Shown in pieces: positions 19,623 through 28,019 of a stretch of DNA of 36,881 nt. The DNA is from Candidatus Kaiserbacteria bacterium RIFCSPLOWO2_01_FULL_54_20. GTDB lineage: Bacteria; Patescibacteriota; Minisyncoccia; Phycocordibacterales; UBA2100. The notes beneath the pieces are model-generated. The model made no database searches. It had not been told where the DNA came from and saw nothing but the letters and a program-made list of their open reading frames with translations. How positions within the stretch are numbered: the first letter of the stretch is position 1; every line of letters starts with the position of its first letter. Location: assembly GCA_001783355.1 (NCBI GenBank), contig MFMA01000027.1:12000-48880 (forward strand). The letters run 5' to 3'. The position numbers and the translations under genes are program-made.

Positions 19623-20279
19623 ATGAGGAAACTGAAGATAAGCATTCTTAACGACAGCCCGCGCAGCTGGTTTGTACCTTACGGGCAGGAGCTCGTTCTG
19701 AAGCTGAGAGAGCGCGGTCACGAAGTGGCCAGGATAGAAAATACGCAGGAATTACCACGCGGCGACATCGCTTTTTTCCTCAGTTGCGAACAAATCATCG
19801 GCAAAGACGTGCGGGACCGTAACACGAACAATATCGTTATTCACGCGAGCGCCCTGCCGCAAGGAAAGGGATGGTCCCCGCTTGCCTGGCAGATCCTGGA
19901 GGGAAAAAATGAGATTACGCTTACGATGTTTGAAGCGGCAGACGACGTTGACGCAGGAGACGTATTCGCGACAGAAACGATTACATTTGATGGTCATGAA
20001 CTGATTGACGAAATGCGGCAAAAGGAAGGAGAAGCAATCATCAGTCTCGCGCTCCGATTCGTTGACGCATATCCGAATGTCACCAGTCGTCCGCAGGAGG
20101 GGAAAGAGAGTATATACCCCAAACGCGCACCGAAAGACAGCGAGCTTGACCCAAAAAAGCCGCTTACCGAACTGTTCAACCAGTTGCGAGTCGCCGATAA
20201 TGAACGGTATCCGGCGTTCTTTACCCATCGCGGGCACACCTATGTGCTGAAGATATTCAAGAAAGACAATGAAAAATAA
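19623..20279 (+). CDS. N10-formyl-THF-dependent formyltransferase (sugar N-formyltransferase-like)
   Basis: VIHASALPQGKGWSPLAWQILEG, VDAGD, LRVADNERYPAFF. Short Fmt-like protein lying between pseC and pseI. Confidence 0.8.
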   Translation: MRKLKISILNDSPRSWFVPYGQELVLKLRERGHEVARIENTQELPRGDIAFFLSCEQIIGKDVRDRNTNNIVIHASALPQGKGWSPLAWQILEGKNEITLTMFEAADDVDAGDVFATETITFDGHELIDEMRQKEGEAIISLALRFVDAYPNVTSRPQEGKESIYPKRAPKDSELDPKKPLTELFNQLRVADNERYPAFFTHRGHTYVLKIFKKDNEK

Positions 20280-21318
20280 AAGTATGAAAGTAAGCGGGCG
20301 CGCCGTAGGAGCGGGTCATCCGGCCCTCATCGTCGCCGAGCTCTCCGGCAACCACAACCATGATATAAAACGTGCCATAAAGATAATAGATGCCGCGGCC
20401 GAAGCGGGTGCCGATGCGATAAAACTTCAGACGTATACGCCGGATACACTCACTATTAAGTCCGCCACCAAGCCTTTTCGCGTAACGTGGAAAGGGAAGC
20501 GCCGCACCCTGTACGATTTATACGAGGAAGCCTACACACCGTGGGAGTGGCACAAGGAACTATTTGCGCACGCAAAAAAACGCGGCCTTATCTGTTTTTC
20601 CACCCCGTTTGATAATTCTGCCGTGGATTTTCTGGAGAAACTCGGACAACCGATATACAAAGTTGCCTCATTTGAGATCATCGATATCCCGCTCCTTGAG
20701 CGCATCGGCAAAACAAAAAAGCCGGTCATACTGTCGCGGGGCATGGCATCAGTAGAAGAAATTCGTTTAGCTCTGAAGACGTTGCGAAAGTTCGGAACCA
20801 AAGATATTGTCCTTCTGCACTGCATAAGTGCGTATCCTGCGCGCCCGAAAGACATGCACCTTTCCACCATTCCCGACATGCGCACGCGCTTCGGCGTTAG
20901 TGTCGGGCTTTCCGACCACACGCTCGGAATAGATGTCGCTATTGCCGCCGTTGCTCTCGGCGCCGTCATTATTGAAAAGCATCTCACGCTCCGACGCAAA
21001 GATGGCGGGCCTGATTCGAGTTTCTCCCTGGAACCGAACGAATTTGCAGAAATGGTGCGCGGGGTGCGAACGGTTGAGGATGCGCTCGGGCGACCCTCAT
21101 ATTCCGAGAGCACGTACGAAAAAAAGAATATTGTTTTTCGCAAATCTCTTTTCGTCGTGCGTGACATGAAGAAAGGGGAAACGTTCACGCCGGATAACGT
21201 ACGCTCCATTAGGCCCGGGAACGGACTCGCGCCCAAGTTCTACCGTTCAGTCGTAGGGAAACGTGCCGCTCGCGATATCTCCCGCGCGACCCCTTTGCAC
21301 AATGGTTTGATAGCGTAG
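20269..21318 (+). CDS. pseI: Pseudaminic acid synthase
   Basis: AELSGNHN, KLQTYTPDTLT, LYEEAYTPWEWH, KVASFEI, GLSDHTLG, IEKHLT, DSSFSLEP and C-terminal SAF domain (RSIRPGNGLAP). Confidence 0.92.
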   Translation: MKNKSMKVSGRAVGAGHPALIVAELSGNHNHDIKRAIKIIDAAAEAGADAIKLQTYTPDTLTIKSATKPFRVTWKGKRRTLYDLYEEAYTPWEWHKELFAHAKKRGLICFSTPFDNSAVDFLEKLGQPIYKVASFEIIDIPLLERIGKTKKPVILSRGMASVEEIRLALKTLRKFGTKDIVLLHCISAYPARPKDMHLSTIPDMRTRFGVSVGLSDHTLGIDVAIAAVALGAVIIEKHLTLRRKDGGPDSSFSLEPNEFAEMVRGVRTVEDALGRPSYSESTYEKKNIVFRKSLFVVRDMKKGETFTPDNVRSIRPGNGLAPKFYRSVVGKRAARDISRATPLHNGLIA

Positions 21319-21331
21319 TATTGAAAATATC

Positions 21332-22021
21332 ATGAGCGATCATTCTGTACTCGTAGTTATTCCGGCCAAGGCGCGCTCTACGCGCATTCCGGGAAAGAAT
21401 CTGAAAGACTTGTGCGGCAAGCCGATGATGGCCTACATCATAGAAACGGCCAAAGGAGCGAAAGGTGTGGACCGCGTTGTTGTGACGACAGAATCCGAGG
21501 AGATTAAGAAGGTTGCCGAACGGTACGGTGCGGAAGTTCCGTTTCTCCGTCCGCCGGAACTCACCTCGGACACGGCGACTTCCCAAGAAGTGGTCTCGCA
21601 CGCGCTTTCCGCACTCAAAGCGCACGATGGGTACGACCCAGAGTACGTACTCTTGCTCTACCCAACATCGCCCCTACTCTCGCGCGAGCGGGTTGAGCAG
21701 GCCATCGCTCTCGCGATCGAGAAAGATGCTGATTCGGTGGTGAGCGGCTACTACGATAAGGGGCATTATTGGATAGAAGATAAAGGTGCGTGGAAAAGAC
21801 TGTACCCGGTGCACCCGGTCAATAGCCAGTACCAGGACCCGCTCTTCAAAGAGAACGGCGCGATATACATGACGCGCGCTTTGGCACTGCAGAAGCAAAA
21901 GCAATTGCTCGCCGATCGTGTAGAGGTGCTTCTGATGAATCCTGACGAGAATATTGACGTTGATTATCCGGAGGATTTCGCACGCGTTGAAGCTACCCTT
22001 CGCGATAGGCGCGGAACATAA
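21332..22021 (+). CDS. CMP-nonulosonic acid synthetase (PseF/NeuA family cytidylyltransferase)
   Basis: IPAKARSTRIPGKN, EVPFLRPPEL, LYPTSP, ENGAIY, IDVDYPEDF; follows pseI. Confidence 0.88.
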   Translation: MSDHSVLVVIPAKARSTRIPGKNLKDLCGKPMMAYIIETAKGAKGVDRVVVTTESEEIKKVAERYGAEVPFLRPPELTSDTATSQEVVSHALSALKAHDGYDPEYVLLLYPTSPLLSRERVEQAIALAIEKDADSVVSGYYDKGHYWIEDKGAWKRLYPVHPVNSQYQDPLFKENGAIYMTRALALQKQKQLLADRVEVLLMNPDENIDVDYPEDFARVEATLRDRRGT

Positions 22022-22147
22022 CGGCAGGAAAGGCTGTATCGGTAAAAAATGGACTTTTCTGCGGCAGATGTCGTCGCATTTCTAAAAAGACGCCCCGATC
22101 TTGTTGCGATCAATCCAGGAGCGCGACAGAACATCCCGCCGGGTTGA
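22022..22147 (+). pseudogene. C-terminal remnant of an SpsF-type cytidylyltransferase
   Basis: Translates RQERLYR*KMDFSAADVVAFLKRRPDLVAINPGARQNIPPG*. Aligns by eye with the C-terminus of the intact SpsF in this window (YEELQGKPHFGTDDILRLLKDKPEIAKIN). Confidence 0.6.
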
Positions 22148-22148
22148 T

Positions 22149-24077
22149 CTAGAAGCGCGGATCTATCGTTTTAAGCGCTTTCATTCCAGCTGCGAAGCCC
22201 TCACCGCCGAATTTATGTCCCTGCCAGATCTCCGGGAGTATCCAGTGTTTTGTACGAACGAGATACGCAAGAAGCATTTTAAAATCGATCGCACCATCGC
22301 CGATACGCAGCCCCTCGCCTCCCCAATTAGCGGCATCAGAAACGTGAATATACTTTGTAACGGGCAAGATCGTTTTGACGAAATCCTCGAACTTTTTGCC
22401 ATACCGATTGCAGTAAAGCGCGGCATGCGATGTGTCGAACACGATCCCGTACCCTGTCTTTTTTGAGAACTCAGCTATTTCTTCGGCGTCCATGAAATTG
22501 GCGTGATGCCACGTTCCGCCGAAATACCACGGACTTCCGGGCATATTCTCGACGAGAAGTTGAAGTCCCTCGTCATGGAGCTTCGACAGGGAATCAAGCA
22601 GGTTCGCATTTAGCTCCTTTTTGTGTTCTAGAAGCGGTCGTTCCATGTCCATTCCGCCAGGATGGATCACCACCTTGACTAAACCATCGCGATTCCGGAA
22701 ATTTTTCTTGAGGCGTCGTGCATGGTCGAGCGCCTTGTTAAAGAAAGCAACAGACCGCCTTCTTGTTTCCTTGTTCCTACTCGACAAGTCAAGCAGAAGG
22801 TCGCCGTCATACTCAGGCCCATGCACGACCAAGTCTCGATCATACGTGGTAGTACCGACACGATCGTGATGGATATCGCTATCACTGAGGTGGATCTCGA
22901 CAAAATCCGAATTTAGATGCAGGAGCGTGTCAATATCCGTCATCCGCCCCACGACGCCCCACTTGCGATTGAACGTGAGTTTCTCGATGTCTGACGGCGG
23001 CCTGGGGAGTCCTACGTCGGACTCGAGAATATAATCATCTTTCTTTATGTCGCGCGTGGTCACGGCGCTTCCAATGAAATAATCATACTTGATCGGTGTC
23101 GTGCCCTTACCGGGGCTTTTCACAGTGATATCTTTCGCACTCAAGATGCTGCCTTTTTTAATGGCCCGCGCAGCAACAAGAGATTTCGACAAATTTTCCC
23201 GGTTCAAAAACTCTCCACGAGAGGGATACCGTACAGGCTCTCCGATCCCTATCTCCGTAGCGCGTATTCCTCTGACAAGTTCTTTAAACTCATCAGGTTC
23301 TAGGCTGGCTTTGTGGTCAGGCCCCGGCAGTGTTCTATCGAGCGTTATGTGCTTTTCGATCACCCGGGCACCAAACGCAACCGCCGCGATAGAAATTGCG
23401 ATCCCGCTCTCGTGACCGGAGTATCCAACCGGACGTCCTCCGGATATCTCCTTGAGCCGCGGTAGGAATGCAAGATTAATGTCATAGTAGGGTGCCGGGT
23501 ACGTACTATTGCAGTGAAGGAACATGTAATTGGCTTTCTCTTTCTCAAGGAATTTAGCAACGTGCTCGATCTCCGAAACAAAAGACATGCCTGTCGATAT
23601 GAGCATTGGTTTTCTCATCCGGGCGACCTTTCTCAGAAGTGGAAGGTTGAACATGTCCGGAGAGCCGATCTTGAAGAACTGGACCCCAAGCTTGTTGAGA
23701 AAGCGCATACTCTTCTCATCCCAAGGCGTACATGCAAAACGTATGCCTTTCTTTTTTGCATACATCGCAAGCGACTTCATTTCGTTTTCGCTCAACTCGT
23801 TCTTTATGATGTGTTCAAGCAGATACTGCTGTGCATGTTCTTCACCCTGCGGGTTTCGGAGAACGTCACTTTTGTATACATCCTGCATTGAACGTTTCTG
23901 GAATTTTACGCAATCAGCGCCGGCATTCTTGGCCGCGTCGATAAGAGCACGCGCCATTTTTACATCACCTTGGTGAGCGAGACCCACCTCGGCAATAATG
24001 TAGGTCGGGTGCTTGTCGCCTATAAGGCGGCTACCAATACGAAATTCACGCACTTCACTCATGCGCTTTTTTACCAC
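22149..24077 (-). CDS. NeuB-family nonulosonic acid synthase fused to SAF and a C-terminal xylose-isomerase-like TIM barrel
   Basis: IAEVGLAHQG, VKFQKR, LHCNSTYP, GYSGHE, IEKHIT, DHKASL, KSPGKG; then HPGG, VENMP, FDTSHA, HVSDA, EGLRIGDG, PEIWQGH. Start is GTG 24077 or ATG 24062. Confidence 0.88.
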   Translation of the reverse strand: MVKKRMSEVREFRIGSRLIGDKHPTYIIAEVGLAHQGDVKMARALIDAAKNAGADCVKFQKRSMQDVYKSDVLRNPQGEEHAQQYLLEHIIKNELSENEMKSLAMYAKKKGIRFACTPWDEKSMRFLNKLGVQFFKIGSPDMFNLPLLRKVARMRKPMLISTGMSFVSEIEHVAKFLEKEKANYMFLHCNSTYPAPYYDINLAFLPRLKEISGGRPVGYSGHESGIAISIAAVAFGARVIEKHITLDRTLPGPDHKASLEPDEFKELVRGIRATEIGIGEPVRYPSRGEFLNRENLSKSLVAARAIKKGSILSAKDITVKSPGKGTTPIKYDYFIGSAVTTRDIKKDDYILESDVGLPRPPSDIEKLTFNRKWGVVGRMTDIDTLLHLNSDFVEIHLSDSDIHHDRVGTTTYDRDLVVHGPEYDGDLLLDLSSRNKETRRRSVAFFNKALDHARRLKKNFRNRDGLVKVVIHPGGMDMERPLLEHKKELNANLLDSLSKLHDEGLQLLVENMPGSPWYFGGTWHHANFMDAEEIAEFSKKTGYGIVFDTSHAALYCNRYGKKFEDFVKTILPVTKYIHVSDAANWGGEGLRIGDGAIDFKMLLAYLVRTKHWILPEIWQGHKFGGEGFAAGMKALKTIDPRF

Positions 24078-24853
24078 GCCGTGAAGCCACCGTCAACGGT
24101 AACGATCGAACCAGTTGCGTAGGATGAGGCATCTGAAGCAAGAAAGATAACGATACCGGACGCCTCTTCAGGCTTTGCCATTCGTCCCAGGGGCGTCTTT
24201 TCGCTGTATCGTTTTACGAATTCGGGACTTTGGTCATTCTCAAAACCACCGAACACGATTGCGTTGACGCGGACCCCGTTCTTTCCCCAGAGCGTCGCCA
24301 GATATTTCGTGATGTTCAAGACGGCAGCCTTGCTCGCGCCGTACACGGCAGGCTTCTCGAAACCGGCGGGATATATGCGTTGGTCCGGCGCGACGACCCC
24401 GTAAATAGATGCAATATTGATGATAGATGCACCAGACCCCATAAGCGGATACAGAGTGCGACACACGAGCATGATGCCGGTTAGATTCACGCGGAGTTCC
24501 TTTTCCCACTTTTCAATCGGGTAGTTCTCGAACGTTATTCCATTGTTACCACCATCCTCCACCCGCGGGTTAAATGCCGCATTGTTGATAAGAACATCGA
24601 TCCCGGTGAACTTCTCCTTGATCTGATCCGCGGCCTCGTGTAATGCACTCTCGTCGGTAATGTCGCATTGAAAGTAAGTGGCATCGGCATTCGCTGCTGC
24701 GAGTCGGGCTTTCCCCTCTGTCGGCGAAAGGATGTCGAGTGCGATCACACTTGCTCCCTCGTTCACGAGTGCACGCGCGAGAGACAGCCCTAAAAAACCG
24801 CATGCTCCGGTGAGCGCAACCCTTTTTCCGCGTATGGAGATGGTCTGGTTCAT
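24071..24853 (-). CDS. Short-chain dehydrogenase/reductase (PtmA-like)
   Basis: TGACGFLG, LINNAA, ASIYG, YGASK, VRVN, TPLGRMA, VDGGFTAW. Confidence 0.88.
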   Translation of the reverse strand: MNQTISIRGKRVALTGACGFLGLSLARALVNEGASVIALDILSPTEGKARLAAANADATYFQCDITDESALHEAADQIKEKFTGIDVLINNAAFNPRVEDGGNNGITFENYPIEKWEKELRVNLTGIMLVCRTLYPLMGSGASIINIASIYGVVAPDQRIYPAGFEKPAVYGASKAAVLNITKYLATLWGKNGVRVNAIVFGGFENDQSPEFVKRYSEKTPLGRMAKPEEASGIVIFLASDASSYATGSIVTVDGGFTAW

Positions 24854-26202
24854 GCAGGTTTCTTTTTAGCGATACCGGTCGATCGGTCGCCCACGTTCTT
24901 GAATATCTGCTCGAGAACACTGCCTCGAAGACGTTTCTTTAGATCGCCCGTGTTGAGCGCATCTGCAACGAGAGCGAACACCTCATCGTACACCTCAAGC
25001 GTATAGGTAGCGTGTTCTTCCGTGTGTGCGAAAGAGGGTAGGTGATACCCGATGAAGAGGATGCCGCGTGCGGCGCATTCCTGTTGCACGAATGTTTTTA
25101 TTTCTAGTGGTTTAATGCCGTTCGTCTCGGAAAAGCTTATTGCTGTTTTTTGAGGATACCCGAGTATCGACATGCTCTCCTCTAGCTTGTGCTTTGCAAT
25201 AAGCTCGTGTACGCCGTTTTTGAGCATTGTTCCTATTTTCCAAATGTGTTCGTACACAGGTTCCCGCCTCAACTTACCGATCGACGCTACTGTTGCGGCA
25301 AGAGAGAGCGCCTCTCCTGCATATGTGAACGAGAAGAAAACCTCCTCGAATTCTTCCATGATATCCCGCCTTCCAGTCACTGCAGCGATCGGCATGCCGT
25401 TTGCCATTGCTTTTCCGAAAGTCGCAAGGTCTGGCGTAACCTTGAAAAATTCCGATGCGCCTCCGAGTGCCCACCGAAAACCACAGAAGAGCTCATCGTA
25501 AATAAGAACGATTTTTTCTTTAGTAGCAAGTGCGCGCACGGCCTCAAGAAAACCCGGTTTTGGCTCAATTACATATACCGGTTCCATGATGATCGCCGCT
25601 ATATCACCCTTATTATCAGCGATGATCTTTTCGAATGAAGCAATGTCATTATATTGGGCCGGGAAGGAGAGTTTTTTATTGAATGCAGCGACGCCCTTAT
25701 CACGCTCGGTCGTCGCTATAAACCAGTCGTGCCAGCCGTGATAACCGCACGTGATGATCTTCTCTTTGCCGGTGTATGCGCGCGCAAGCTTCACCGCGCC
25801 AGTGGTCGCATCGCTGCCGTTCTTGCCGAACCGCACCATTTCTGCGCAGGGGATGACTTCCGTAATTAATTTTGCAACCTCTATCTCAAGGGGGTGTGGA
25901 AGCGTGAACATGGTCCCGTCCTTCAGCTGTGCTTGTATCGCAGTGTCGACGTCGGGGTCGCCGTATCCAAGGATAAATGGCCCGAGCCCCATGCCGTAGT
26001 CTATATATGTATTTCCATCGACGTCCGTTACCTCACACCCCTTGGCAGATCTCAGGAACAGCGGGGAGGCTCCAACGCTCCATTGCGTGTACCCTTTTGA
26101 AAGTGTCTGCGTAGCGCAAGGAATGAGTCTCTTAGCTTCTTCGAGAAGACGCAGCGATTCTTCAAGCCTCGGCGGTCCTCTCCTTTTGTAAGACGAATCC
26201 AT
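24850..26202 (-). CDS. Class III PLP aminotransferase (GSA-aminomutase-like, sugar-pathway type)
   Basis: DVDGNTYIDY, RFGKNGSDAT, GYHGWHDW, DELFCGFR, TFGKAMANGMP. Confidence 0.88.
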   Translation of the reverse strand: MDSSYKRRGPPRLEESLRLLEEAKRLIPCATQTLSKGYTQWSVGASPLFLRSAKGCEVTDVDGNTYIDYGMGLGPFILGYGDPDVDTAIQAQLKDGTMFTLPHPLEIEVAKLITEVIPCAEMVRFGKNGSDATTGAVKLARAYTGKEKIITCGYHGWHDWFIATTERDKGVAAFNKKLSFPAQYNDIASFEKIIADNKGDIAAIIMEPVYVIEPKPGFLEAVRALATKEKIVLIYDELFCGFRWALGGASEFFKVTPDLATFGKAMANGMPIAAVTGRRDIMEEFEEVFFSFTYAGEALSLAATVASIGKLRREPVYEHIWKIGTMLKNGVHELIAKHKLEESMSILGYPQKTAISFSETNGIKPLEIKTFVQQECAARGILFIGYHLPSFAHTEEHATYTLEVYDEVFALVADALNTGDLKKRLRGSVLEQIFKNVGDRSTGIAKKKPA

Positions 26203-26241
26203 AATATGGCCATTCTAGCAACTACGCAGGCCCGGTGCGAC

Positions 26242-27048
26242 CTATTTTGGCTCTTCTCTATACTGTGTATGGTCGACCGTTTTTAGTTCGGCGGCGCTTG
26301 ATCGATACCAATTAACCCCATTGTACCTCTCGTTGATCTTGGCGATCTCCGGTTTGTCCTTAAGCAATCGCAGGATATCATCTGTACCGAAATGTGGCTT
26401 ACCCTGAAGCTCTTCGTAAACACGCGAGATGAATTCCCAGTCTTCCGGATAATCGAGGGTCCACCGATGTGTCATGAACATATTGCCGCGTGGATTCTCG
26501 ACGTTGCCTATCCGAAACCGATTCGGTTGATCCCAGATGAAAGGGAACGTATGTTCACGTTCGTGCGGTTTTTTCGCTTCGCGCCACGCGACCTCCATAA
26601 CCCCGAATGTGCATCCTTCGACATCCAGTCCGTCTGGGAACGTCGGTGGATGGTAGTTGCTTACGTAATCGTATGTGTGCGGATCGTCGGTCCACAGGCC
26701 CAACACTTCATCGATGACCGCCGGGTCGGTCAGAGGACAGTCCGAGCCGATCTTAACGACAAAATCGGCCCCGAATATTTTCGCCGCCTGGTAGTGCCTG
26801 TCGAGAAGATCCAATTCGCTTCCTCGAAAGCATGGAACCGAATATTTCTTGCACAGCGTGTCGATCGCGTCATCTGTGGAACGTGTTGTCGTGATGACGA
26901 CGACGTTGTCGGGTAGCTTCGCCCGTTTGATGCGACCTATTTGGTGTACCAGGATCGGTTTATCCAGCACTTCTTTGAGTACTTTGCCTGGCAAGCGCGA
27001 TGAGCCTGTTCGCGCTTGAACGCATACCACGATAGCAGGCCTGTTCAT
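26242..27048 (-). CDS. SpsF-like cytidylyltransferase
   Basis: QARTGSSRLPGKVL, FRGSELDLLDR, SDCPLTDP, FPDGLDVE, EREHT, RWTLDYPED. Confidence 0.85.
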   Translation of the reverse strand: MNRPAIVVCVQARTGSSRLPGKVLKEVLDKPILVHQIGRIKRAKLPDNVVVITTTRSTDDAIDTLCKKYSVPCFRGSELDLLDRHYQAAKIFGADFVVKIGSDCPLTDPAVIDEVLGLWTDDPHTYDYVSNYHPPTFPDGLDVEGCTFGVMEVAWREAKKPHEREHTFPFIWDQPNRFRIGNVENPRGNMFMTHRWTLDYPEDWEFISRVYEELQGKPHFGTDDILRLLKDKPEIAKINERYNGVNWYRSSAAELKTVDHTQYREEPK

Positions 27049-28007
27049 GATCTCTTTTTTCCCACGAACACGAGGCTCTCACCGAGCCCGAGTTTTCCTA
27101 CCAGATCGCGATATTCGCGGTCAGTGCGTTCGATGAACGCATTCAATGCTTTTTCGGCCGATGTTTTCGCGTGGGGAACGAGCTGAGCGGTCATGCCTAG
27201 GTCAAAATTGCTCTGCGGCTTTTGCGCGGTTATCCAATGGATGTGGTTCATGAGCGTATAGCGCTGAACGGTTCGTATCTCACCTGCGAATCCGGCCTTA
27301 GACAATGCGCGTCGTAGCGTCGCTTTTGAGAAATATGAAAGATGAGGCTCACGGTAGTAGAAAGTTTCGTACCCTTTTGCGCCATACGCCACCAAAAGCA
27401 CGTCATCGATGTTCGGAAGCTCAAGATAAAGATGCCCGTTCGGTTTCAAGTGCTTTCCAAGATTTCGAAGAAACGTTATTGGGTCCTCAACATGTTCCAG
27501 GACTTGAAGTGCCGTAATGACGTCGAACGGTCCTTCCGGGATATGTAGAGTTTCAACGGGCTTGTCGTACACCGGAAAATCCAAGTTTTTTCGTACAAAC
27601 GCGACCTCCTCACTCGAAAGCTCAACTCCGACTCTTGTATTCACCCTGCCCTTGAGTGAGTGTAGGAAATGTCCGGTTGAACATCCGACATCTAGGATTT
27701 TTGTCCCGGACTTGAGCAGCGTGCCCATTGATTCGTGAATGAGGTGTTGATAGGGAAGATACATCTCGAATATCTCCTTTGGGGAACTTTTCTTAGCGAG
27801 GTTCGGCCCATGATGCTTCCTGTATTCTTTTCCCGCATAGAACTTCTTGCTGATGTGTGGTCGCTCGAGGTATACAAATCCGCAGTTGACGCACCTCAAA
27901 ACATTGCGTTTAATGTTGAAGCGGAGCCTGTCACGAACCAATATGGCGCGATTTCCGTGGCACACATAACACGTTGCTGCCAGCATCTTCTTTCTCATGA
28001 GACACAT
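27045..28007 (-). CDS. Class I SAM methyltransferase with N-terminal CxxC...CxxC zinc ribbon
   Basis: CYVC and CVNC pairs, ILDVGCSTG, VLEHVEDP, LELPN, HLSYFS. Confidence 0.85.
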   Translation of the reverse strand: MCLMRKKMLAATCYVCHGNRAILVRDRLRFNIKRNVLRCVNCGFVYLERPHISKKFYAGKEYRKHHGPNLAKKSSPKEIFEMYLPYQHLIHESMGTLLKSGTKILDVGCSTGHFLHSLKGRVNTRVGVELSSEEVAFVRKNLDFPVYDKPVETLHIPEGPFDVITALQVLEHVEDPITFLRNLGKHLKPNGHLYLELPNIDDVLLVAYGAKGYETFYYREPHLSYFSKATLRRALSKAGFAGEIRTVQRYTLMNHIHWITAQKPQSNFDLGMTAQLVPHAKTSAEKALNAFIERTDREYRDLVGKLGLGESLVFVGKKRS

Positions 28008-28019
28008 ACTGTCATTATG
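28005..28019. promoter_or_regulatory. Symmetric bidirectional leaderless promoter
   Basis: CATACTGTCATTATG reads CATACT-N6-ATG on plus and CATAAT-N6-ATG on minus. Confidence 0.5.

Noticed and set aside
19623..20279. Annotation as housekeeping methionyl-tRNA formyltransferase (fmt)
   Set aside because: Only 218 aa, lacks a full tRNA-binding C-terminal domain, and sits inside the pse operon.
24850..26202. Annotation as hemL (tetrapyrrole synthesis)
   Set aside because: KNGSDAT and YHGWHDW motifs plus the SpsF/SDR/NeuB context point to the sugar-pathway subgroup; no other hem genes are present.
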